Part shown: piece by piece, positions 11,341-20,974 of the stretch
How the letters are laid out: each line of letters opens with the position of its first letter
How positions within the stretch are numbered: the stretch's first letter is position 1
The notes under the pieces: model-generated
What the model was told of the DNA's origin: nothing
Databases searched by the model: none
What the model saw: only the letters and a program-made list of their open reading frames with translations
Program-made: the position numbers and the translations under genes
Assembly (NCBI RefSeq): GCF_006345805.1
Contig: NW_021823767.1
Location: 1 to 21,256 of the forward strand
DNA from: Octopus sinensis
Lineage: Eukaryota
Direction of reading: 5' to 3'
Length of the DNA stretch: 21,256 nucleotides

Positions 11341-11498
11341 TTCACGGAAAAAGACCTGCGCGGAATTCAGCGGTCCAACAATACGATGTATATGCGTTTG
11401 TGTGTATCTTTCCGCATGTGAATGCGTGTTTGTTCGTTTATGTAAGTCTGCCTTATAGGGATAGATGCATATATTTATATACGCTAAAATATTTAAAC

Positions 11499-11580
11499 GT
11501 GGTTTAGTGATTCAGATTTTAATCTCACGAACAAAGGGTGGTACGTTCGATTCAAGCAAAACTATTTACATTGCACTGCA
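11499..11580 (+). mobile_element. tRNA-derived SINE head with an internal deletion (block 1 copy)
   Basis: A-box-like GTGGTTTAGTG at 11499 and B-box-like GTTCGATTC at 11545. Lacks about 28 nt present in the 16071 copy. Confidence 0.5.
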
Positions 11581-12172
11581 AATATATCGACAACTGATCG
11601 TATGGCACATTTCTGGACCTGTTCATTAATTTGGTTTCCTTTGACGTTAAAACTCAGTAAACCACATTTTTTTATGTTGGTTCATAAGTCTTTTATACTA
11701 ATATTGGGAAATAACTCTTTGCTATTCTGATTAGCAATTACTCCGTCTTCCCACATTCTCTTGCCATTTTTGCATATTTATTTTTATCAAAGTTTGTCAC
11801 CAATTATGAAATATTTTGTATTACATTTCTTGTCCGATATTTTTCAAGTTTTACACTGTGGCATCTTCTCGAACACGGATCTAATCTTCCTAGCGAATAT
11901 TAATTCTGCAGGTGACGTTCCAGACGGTGTACTGGGATTTCGTGTCACACTTGACGGCATTTATACTTCGGCTATGACCAAATAAATTCAACGGTGAAAG
12001 TAGATTTGTGTAATCTCAAGAGAATCTATAATCGCCGTTTAAAACGTGATATACTATAATAGGACAAACGTTTGTGCAGATCAGAAAGAAGGAGAGAGAG
12101 GGAGAGAGATGAAGAGAAAGTGAGAGTGAAAGAAAGAAATAGAGTGAAAGAATAGAAACAGAATATACTAAC

Positions 12173-12247
12173 TATCGTATTACAGACTGGTGTTGCGTGG
12201 ACATCTTGTTGCATCCCACCGGGCATACAGGGACCCAGGACCGGGTC
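12173..12247 (-). pseudogene. Duplicated copy of the YxRWG exon with an in-frame TAA (GPGPGSLYARWDATRCPRNTSL*YD)
   Basis: 75 nt, with intact CACAG acceptor and GTTAGT donor. The WG motif is changed to WD and a stop is present. Confidence 0.8.
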
Positions 12248-12352
12248 CTGTGAAGCTGCGAAGGAAACAATGTAGTTTAAAAGAAAATAATTGGTGAACC
12301 ATGTGGGAGAGAATTTCTTGGCTGGGAATTAATGAATTGGGGAGACAATGAT

Positions 12353-12865
12353 TAGAAGGAAGGAAGGAAGGAAGGACGAAAGGAAGGAAGGAAGGAAAGG
12401 AAGGAAGGAAGGAAGGAAGGAAGGAAGGGAGGAGGAAGGAAGGAAGGAAGGAAGAAAGAAAGGAAGAAAGACAAGAAAGAAAGAAAGAAAGAAAGAAAGG
12501 AAGGAAGGAAGGAAAAGGAAGGAAAGAAAGAAGGAAGTAAGGAAGGGTGAGAGGGAAGGAAGGAGGGATGGAAGGAAAGAAGGAACGAAGAAACAAAGAA
12601 AGAAAGAACGAATGAAAGAAAAAAAGGTAGAAAAATGAAAGAAAGACAGTAAGACAGATAGAAGGAAAGGAAGGAAGGGAGGAAGGAAGAAAAGAAGGAA
12701 GGAATGAAAGGAGGAATGAAGGACGGAAGGAAGGAAGGGGATTGGAGGAAGAAAGGAACGAACGAACGAACTAAGGTTATGTAGGACAGAGGATTTAATG
12801 TGTTAAGAAAGAAAGAATGAAAGAAAGAAAGAAAGGAAGAAACAAACAAACAAACAAACAAACAA
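12353..12865. repeat. (GGAA)/(GAAA) polypurine tract, block 2 copy
   Basis: Read directly; about half the length of the block 1 tract. Confidence 0.97.
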
Positions 12866-15800
12866 AGGGTTTGAAAATTCTTTCTCCTCTGAACGTAAAG
12901 CTGATCCCGAGAAATAGTCCCCCACGCCTGGGGGTGAATGTATACTTTTAGTTACTGGTAAAGATTTCCATGATTCATCACTAATTCACTTCTCAGCCGA
13001 ATTCAATGCGGTTCTTTAGCAATGATGATCGAGTCTTGAGCTAAATTTTTTGAGATAAATTAATTCAAGGTTGGAGCATCAAATAAAAGGCTAGATCAAA
13101 AGTTAAATAAAAGGCTAGATCAAAAATGGAGGGTAAGGATAAAAATTTGACTTTGAATCAACATATATTGGTTATTTTTAAAGGAATGTATATAATTAGA
13201 TTTAAAAGAATGTGTTCATTGCGAAGGAACTTTTGGTGAAGATTATTAGTTTGGAAAAAGTTGTATGAATTTAAGTGGCGAAGAAAATGGTAAGTAACCA
13301 GAAAAGTTGATTTTTCATCAGAACATCTCACCTATTGTTAAAGAAGACGGTACAGTAGCTACGTTCAAATGGAAGTGCTATATGGGATGGAATTTATGAC
13401 GAAAATTCGCCATGAAAATGTCTTACAAAAGTGGTGTGGCTTTAAGGGATCAAGAAAATGGAATAATTGTCAAAAAATTAAAATATTTTTGTTATTTTAA
13501 TATATTTTGTGTTATGAAATGCATCATCTGATTCCATTGATCACTTAGTTTGAATGTAGACAGCGCTTAAATGGATTCTCTGTAGCCGCTGGAAGCCGCT
13601 TCTTTCCGTATCGTGGTAATAGAGCTCTATGAAACGTATATTATGGTGAAGGCTTTGTCAAAAATATTAGCTACAAGGTCATCTCTGTAGCTTTAAGTAA
13701 GGAAAGGGTACAGGTGGTAATTTTAAGAAATCAAGATATTTATTTCTTTTTCAGAGAAGAAATATATTATTTGAAGTGGAATGAAATCGTTCAATGAGAA
13801 AAATATGTTTAGGAAAAGCCTGTCTAAAATTATTTAACAGTAATGAAATTTATTTTTGCGATTTCATATTTTTATTATTTGATTTTATGCATTAGAATAT
13901 ATACATATAAAAAGCATATTGAAATACAAATTTAACTCATTACAACTAATTTTTTAACGATTTAATTAGAATGTTACTTTATTTCAAAATAAAAATTCTG
14001 TAGAAATGTATTTATTTGTAACAGATATGCTGCTATTAATTGATTTTTAATTTTAGGTGCAAAGAGAATTTAACATTTGTCTTTAAAATATCTGTATTTA
14101 AAAGCTATTTAGTATAATATCATTTTCTAAATTAGAAAGGTGAATATCATTAATTATAATGTTGCCTTTAAAAGTATTTCTATAATATTCTTAAGTATAG
14201 GATCTGCAAATGTACAGAACACTAAACCAGAAACACTACAGAACACGAAGGTAAAAGACATTAACTATTGGTGTTGAAGTTAAAATTTCGTGACTGAAAT
14301 ACTACGACCGAAATTATGCGAATTGCAAGGGATCTCTTGAGCAACGTAATTCGACTGCGATGGTTAATCAGAGATCAGCAAATGTCTCCAGTTCGAACTT
14401 CTGATTCTCTGTATTGAGAGATGACAGCACCTGTACTAAGGAAATGCGATTTCAATCTCACAGAAAAGAATCACAATACAAACTCTTCAATCTGGATCAG
14501 CCGGCGAAGGATCTGGGGATAGACCAGAAAAGTGATGGGCAGATAGAACCCATTCGCTCAGATTGGTTACGCTTGTCAACTAAACCGGTAATCTTAATAA
14601 CAATTGCTTCCCTCTGGAATTGCACTCGAAGACAGGTGCCTGGTTTCTCTACAACACCAGAATCGCAGAATTACTGAGCAACAACAATATGTGGATGGTT
14701 TTATTGATTCTCTTTCTTACTACAACATAGGGTAAACCCAACAATTTCTTATTGCTTACACTAATATTTGATCTGAAGTGAAAATATTTCTTACATACTT
14801 TTTTCCAGATTATAGTCTAACATGTACACAAAATTGCTTTCATTTATTGACGTGGTCCTGAATATAAACTCATATGAACATAGTTAATATCATAGTATAG
14901 GAGGGTCACATTTTCAAATTCAATTAAGCATGCAACTTAAAGTTGTGTATATCGCTGAGCAGATTATGTAAAAAATGAAAAACGAATGGAACCCGCAAAA
15001 AATTGGAAGCCAGTAGGTGAGGAGACACATTTAAATGAAGTTAGCTAAAAGAGATTGAAACAGAATATTTTATAATATTTAATCCGGTAATAATACGTTT
15101 TTATCTTGAACGATATAAAATTAATTCTTACTTGGCGTGTGAACAGCTTTGTCATCCACAGATTTCTTGGAAAGGAAACGGTTCTGTGAAAAAATAGAAA
15201 TAACATCATAGAAATAGATTTTCAGAACATTCATCAATGTTTAGAATTTAAAGCTAAGCAATACGATAATGGCACTTTTGGACAGCTTCTTTTGATGATG
15301 TGGGAGACAACTTCATTGTTAATTCCACCAAATTTTCATCGTTATGTTACATCTTGGTGGCTTACCGCTTTCCTACATCCTCTGTGCATCGGGTACTCCT
15401 TTATTTCATGCTTTTATATGGCAAAAGCAAACCCATCACAATGAGAAATAATTAAGCCTAACGAACCTAAACACGCACGGAGAATGTTGCAAATGCATTT
15501 AGAAAAACTAATCTTCCAGTTTGTAAATCTACAAACAGGTGGGTAGATATCCCAGCATCAATTTATTTCGCTTTCTACGTAACCTACTTTTAAAAATATA
15601 TTTACCTTTCCGTGTACCTTTATTCAGTTGAAGGCCCCCGACTTCCGAAATCAACAATGGCAAACAAACAATAAATTAAAATTTCTTAGAGTATTTGCAC
15701 CATTCTTCGTGCGTGTTTACATATATTGAGAGATACGTGGTTTTGGAATTTCCTTCTTCTTTCATGCAAATAGTTACTTAGTGTACCCTGACTTTTCATA

Positions 15801-16070
15801 AATTTTTTTCATATTTAGATTATGTTCGTTGGCTATTTTATCAATAGTTTTTTTAGATGATGGTAACTTATTTCAATTTTGAATTTATACTTGCTCGCTA
15901 ATGTTCGTTGGGACGTGACGGTGCCTTCAGCTGAAGAAACCAGTACGGAAAGTTAAATACATTAAAAAAAATAGATTACGTCGAGCTTTGGGTGCCAATT
16001 CGACACAGAAAGCGAAATCAATGAATACTGGGATAGATGCATATATTTATATACGCTAAAATATTTCAAC

Positions 16071-16180
16071 GTGGTTTAGTGCTTCAGGTTTTAAACTCAC
16101 GAACAAAGGGTTGTACGTTCGATTCAAGGACACGGTGGGGCGTTATGTTCTTGGGCAAAACTATTTACATTGCACTGCAA
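16071..16180 (+). mobile_element. tRNA-derived SINE head (block 2 copy)
   Basis: A-box-like GTGGTTTAGTG at 16071, B-box-like GTTCGATTC at 16117-16125, then CGTTATGTTCTTGGGCAAAAC. Confidence 0.55.
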
Positions 16181-16409
16181 ATATATCGGCAACTGATCGT
16201 ATGGCACATTTCTGGACCTGTTCATTAATTTGACGGAGGGAGCTCTGGAAACAAATCATCCCAGGAATTCTTCGGCAATTAAACACGAAAACTTCATCCG
16301 AAGAAACAAACCATAGTGTATGTATCTATATTACTGTGCGTCTCTGTGTGTGTATTCGTGTGTAATTGTGTCTGTGTGTCTGTATGGGTACATCTATATA
16401 TGTTTGCAT

Positions 16410-17192
16410 GAATGTATGTATGTATGTATGTATGCATGAATGTATGTATGTATGTATGTATGTATGTATGTATGTGTGTATGTATGTATGTTTGTATGTA
16501 TGTAAGTATATGTGTATGTATGCATGTATGTATGGATGTATGTATGTACTTATGTATGTATGTATGGATTGGTGCATATATGTATGTATGTACGTATATG
16601 TGTATGTATGTATGTATGTATGTATGTATGTGTGTATGTATGTATGTATGTATGTATGTATGTATGTATGTATGTATGTATGTATGTATGTATGTATGTA
16701 TGTATGTATGTATGTATGTATGTGTGTATGTATGTATGTATGTATGTATGTATGGTGCATCATCATGGACGCAGCTCTGAGCTAAATCTAGATAGGAAAA
16801 AATACATCCAGAAATAAATAGACACATATATGTGTGCGTGTGTGTCTGTTTGTGTGTGTGTGTGTGTGTGTCTATTTGTGTGTGTGTGTATGTCTGTTGT
16901 GTGTGTGTGTGTGTTGTGTGTGTGTGTGTGCGTGTGTGTATGTGTGTGTGTTTGTGTGTGTGCCTCTGTGTGTGTGTGTGTGTGTGCGTGTGTGTCTGTT
17001 TGTGTGTGTGTGTGTCTATTTGTGAGTGTGTGTGTGTCTGTTTGTGTGTCTGTGTATGTTTGTTTATGTGTGTGTGTGTGCGTGTGTGTGTGCGTGTGTG
17101 TGTGTGTGTGTGTGTGCGTGTGTGTGTGTGTGTGTGTTTGTGTGCGCGTGTGTGTGGCTGTTTGTTTTGTGTGTGTGTGTGTGTGTGTGTAT
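16410..17192. repeat. (ATGT)n at 16410-16753 and (GT)n at 16830-17192
   Basis: Read directly; source of the H/T/Y/I and C/V/M/Y pseudo-ORFs. Confidence 0.97.
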
Positions 17193-17627
17193 GCACATTC
17201 GAATATACACATGAAGCGATACAGTCATACATGTTCATTTATGTATGCACACGAAAGCGGCAGACGTACATATATAAGGCCTTTCTATGTAAAATATTTC
17301 AGCAAGAAATGTCAATCTCTATCTTACAACATGGAGCACAATTCATTATTGACTTGTAAACTACCTTTCATTTTTGTAATCCTATGTCTTTGCTACGTAT
17401 AGTAATTGACAAATTCATTGCTTTCTATTTTGCAACACTATCTATCGCACAACCTTTTTGGGGGCTTTTATAATTGTCATCTACAATATGTCTTTATCCT
17501 TTCGAGGTCCATGAATTCAGAACCTGTTCATCACTGGCCTGTAAGGAATCGATCTACAACTTCCTGACATTTATAACCACGAGTGAATGAAACTATCCAA
17601 TCAATCGATCTTTCTATGTATCTCTCG

Positions 17628-17730
<103 letters not shown>

Positions 17731-17980
17731 AAACTCTCAATCAGTCCGTCTACATATCTACCAATATATCTATATATCTATCTACAAAACACTCATTCAG
17801 GCTGTCCACCTATCTACCAATATATCTATTTATCAAACAATCGATAGTTCTGTCTATCGATCTCTCTAAACACATTAAAAATCGTCCATCCATTAATATG
17901 TTAGTAGATATATATACGAGAAGTAATTTTATATATAGTTGTGTGTAAGCGTATGTATGTATATATATATAAATATATAA

Positions 17981-18110
17981 TCCTGAAGATTTCTCTTGAA
18001 TGAAACAGTTCTAGTCCTGTAGAAGCTCCTTCTATATAATAAATTAATTTTACTCTGCTATGTATTGAGTACCTTATTTACTGTGGTTAACCCCGAATCA
18101 ACCCGGGACC
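17981..18110 (+). mobile_element. Penelope-like 3' fragment with a hammerhead-like core
   Basis: CTGAAGA (17983-17989), TTC-tctt-GAA, GAAA (18002-18005), stem III ACAG/CTGT, GTA site, AATAAA at 18038. Flanked by (TA)n on both sides. Confidence 0.55.
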
Positions 18111-18112
18111 TA

Positions 18113-18329
18113 CATATATATATATATATAGATATAGATATATATATGTTTGTATGTATGTATGTATGTATACAGATATATATAAATATATATATATATA
18201 TATTTATATATATATGTATATATATATAATATATTTATATATATATATGCATATATATATACATATATATAATATATTTATACATATGTATGCATATATA
18301 TAATAAATTTATATATATATATATAATAT
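18113..18329. repeat. (TA)n-rich tract
   Basis: Read directly. Confidence 0.95.
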
Positions 18330-18858
18330 AGGGTGAAATTAATTAATTTGGAGTAATCATTAATTTCACCAAGTAGATTTCGGCATGTAAAAGCCCCGTT
18401 CGAGGAAAGTTTAAGTAATACTAAGTAATTAAGTGTTTAGCAACGATTTGCCTCACCACACACCGAATTTAGAAATAGCAGTCAAAGAGTTATAGCTATT
18501 CTTTCTACTAAAAGGGAGATCTCAGTAAAACCACAGCACTTGAAAGGCAAACACAGACAAGCACGAGAGAAAGAAATGACGACAATCGATCATACAATAT
18601 TAAGTCACCTACGGACGTACGTTTCGAAATTAAGTTTTAGGAAAGCATAAGAATTAGATAATTATGTCTTACCCAACATTTTTTCTCATCAGCGTAGGAC
18701 ACTACAATTATGAATAATTGTATATTAAATTTCGAGGTACTAGGAGACATCATCTCAACTCGGTATCAGAGCGAGCTAAAGTCGTTACCAGTATCACCAA
18801 ATTCAATGTGTGAATGAAAGTTTGTGTCACCATCCCCCTCCCAACCGCGTGCAGCAAA
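18330..18858 (-). mobile_element. Hammerhead-bearing pLTR/retrozyme-like unit, subfamily A
   Basis: Colinear, diverged homologue of the 602-bp units. Contains a full hammerhead and abuts (TA)n at its 3' end. Confidence 0.8.
18608..18698 (-). ncRNA. Type I hammerhead ribozyme A
   Basis: Minus strand reads CCTACG-CTGATGA-GAAA..(60-nt stem II)..TTTC-GAAA-C-GTAC-GTC-CGTAGG: perfect 6-bp stem I, full core, GUC site (predicted cut between 18614 and 18613). Confidence 0.9.
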
Positions 18859-19128
18859 GACTTTAGCTCGCTCTGATACCGAGTTGAGATGATGTCTCCT
18901 AGTACCTCGAAATTTAATATACAATTATTCATAATTGTAGTGTGACTTAATATTGTATGATCGATTGTCGTCATTTCTCTCGTACCTGTCTGTGTTTGCC
19001 TTTCAAGTGCTGTGGTTTTACTGAGATCTCCCTTTTAGTAGAAAGAATAGCTATAACTCTTTGACTGCTATTTCTAAATTCGGTGTGTGGTGAGGCAAGT
19101 CGTTGCTAAACCCTTAATTACTAAGTAT
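18859..19128 (+). repeat. Inverted partial copy of unit A lacking the ribozyme
   Basis: Reverse complement of 18418-18783 without 18607-18698, plus a 4-bp indel and a few substitutions. Confidence 0.92.
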
Positions 19129-19147
19129 AAATATATATATATATATT

Positions 19148-19181
<34 letters not shown>

Positions 19182-19491
19182 ATATATATATATGTATATA
19201 TTTATATCCGTAATAATGAAGGGTGAAATTAATTAATTTGGAAAAATTATCAATTACACCAAGTAGTCTTCGGCATGTAAAAGCCTCATTCGAGGAAAAT
19301 TTAAGTAATACTAAGCAATAAGGGTTTAGCAACGAGTTGCCTTACCACATACCGAATTTAGAAATAGCAGTCAAAGGGTTATAGCTATTTCTTCTACTAA
19401 AAGGGAGATCTCAGTAAAAACAGCATTTGGAAGGCACAAACAGGTAAGAGAGAATGAATTGACTGCAATCTATCATACATTTTTTTAGTTA

Positions 19492-19605
19492 TCCACGGAC
19501 GTACGTTTCGAAATCAAGTTTTAAGGAAAGCATACGAATTAAATATTAAATATTAAATAATAAATAATTCTATCTTACCGAAACTTCTTTTCTCTTCAGC
19601 GTAGA
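19492..19605 (-). ncRNA. Type I hammerhead ribozyme B1
   Basis: TCTACG-CTGAAGA-GAAA..(83-nt stem II)..TTTC-GAAA-C-GTAC-GTC-CGTGGA; predicted cut between 19498 and 19497. Confidence 0.9.
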
Positions 19606-20093
19606 ATACTATAATCATAAATGATTATATATTGAATTTTGAGATACCAGAAGGCACCAACTCCACTCAGTATCAGAGCGAGCTAGAACCCGCAACTGGT
19701 ATCACCGAATTCAATTTGTGAATGAAACGATTGTGCCAACAGCCCCTTCCCACCCGCGTGTAGCCAAAACAAGATGCTATGGTCATCTACTGAGATAAAA
19801 TATGGTTATCCGTAATAATGAAGGGTGAAATTAATTAATTTGGAAAAATTATCAATTACACCAAGTAGTCTTCGGCATGTAAAAGCCTCATTCGAGGAAA
19901 ATTTAAGTAATACTAAGCAATAAGGGTTTAGCAACGAGTTGCCTTACCACATACCGAATTTAGAAATAGCAGTCAAAGGGTTATAGCTATTTCTTCTACT
20001 AAAAAGGAGATCTCAGTAAAAACAGCATTTGGAAGGCACAAACAGGTAAGAGAGAATGAATTGACTGCAATCTATCATACATTTTTTTAGTTA

Positions 20094-20207
20094 TCCACGG
20101 ACGTACGTTTCGAAATCAAGTTTTAAGGAAAGCATACGAATTAAATATTAAATATTAAATAATAAATAATTCTATCTTACCGAAACTTCTTTTCTCTTCA
20201 GCGTAGA
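20094..20207 (-). ncRNA. Type I hammerhead ribozyme B2
   Basis: Same motif as B1; predicted cut between 20100 and 20099. Confidence 0.9.
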
Positions 20208-20695
20208 ATACTATAATCATAAATGATTATATATTGAATTTTGAGATACCAGAAGGCACCAACTCCACTCAGTATCAGAGCGAGCTAGAACCCGCAACTG
20301 GTATCACCGAATTCAATTTGTGAATGAAACGATTGTGCCAACAGCCCCTTCCCACCCGCGTGTAGCCAAAACAAGATGCTATGGTCATCTACTGAGATAA
20401 AATATGGTTATCCGTAATAATGAAGGTGAAATTAATTAATTTGGAAAAATTATCAATTACACCAAGTAGTCTTCGGCATGTAAAAGCCTCATTCGAGGAA
20501 AATTTAAGTAATACTAAGCATAAGGGTTTAGCAACGAGTTGCCTTACCACATACCGAATTTAGAAATAGCAGTCAAAGGGTTATAGCTATTTCTTCTACT
20601 AAAAAGGGAGATCTCAGTAAAAACAAGCATTTGGAAGGCACAAACAGGTAAGAGAGAATGAATTGACTGCAATCTATCATACATTTTTTTAGTTA

Positions 20696-20809
20696 TCCAC
20701 GGACGTACGTTTCGAAATCAAGTTTTAAGGAAAGCATACGAATTAAATATTAAATATTAAATAATAAATAATTCTATCTTACCGAAACTTCTTTTCTCTT
20801 CAGCGTAGA
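20696..20809 (-). ncRNA. Type I hammerhead ribozyme B3
   Basis: Same motif as B1; predicted cut between 20702 and 20701. Confidence 0.9.
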
Positions 20810-20974
20810 ATACTATAATCATAAATGATTATATATTGAATTTTGAGATACCAGAAGGCACCAACTCCACTCAGTATCAGAGCGAGCTAGAACCCGCAAC
20901 TGGTATCACCGAATTCAATTTGTGAATGAAACGATTGTGCCAACAGCCCCTTCCCACCCGCGTGTAGCCTTTGA

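Larger units (their letters stand above)
8221..11633 (+). repeat. Tandem segmental duplication, block 1
   Basis: Colinear with 11940-16232 from CTTGACGGCATTTATACTTCGGCTATGACC (8234 and 11950) to CTGGACCTGTTCATTAATTTG (ends 11633 and 16232). Confidence 0.92.
11940..16232 (+). repeat. Tandem segmental duplication, block 2
   Basis: Colinear with block 1. Carries extra segments 13120-14589 and 15253-15467 and lacks the equivalent of 11196-11463. Confidence 0.92.
19205..20969 (-). mobile_element. Tandem array of 602-bp hammerhead-bearing units, subfamily B (19205-19806, 19807-20408, 20409-20969)
   Basis: TATCCGTAATAATG at 19205, 19807 and 20409 gives a period of 602. Copies differ almost only in homopolymer lengths. 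No conserved ORF. Confidence 0.93.

Noticed and set aside
16750-16800. Acceptor-like TTTCCTATCTAG followed by DLAQSCVHDDAP on the minus strand
   Set aside because: Runs into a microsatellite with no donor and no family motif.
19205-20969. CRISPR-like or protein-coding interpretation of the tandem repeats
   Set aside because: Units are 602 bp with no unique spacers, and reading frames are not conserved between subfamilies A and B.
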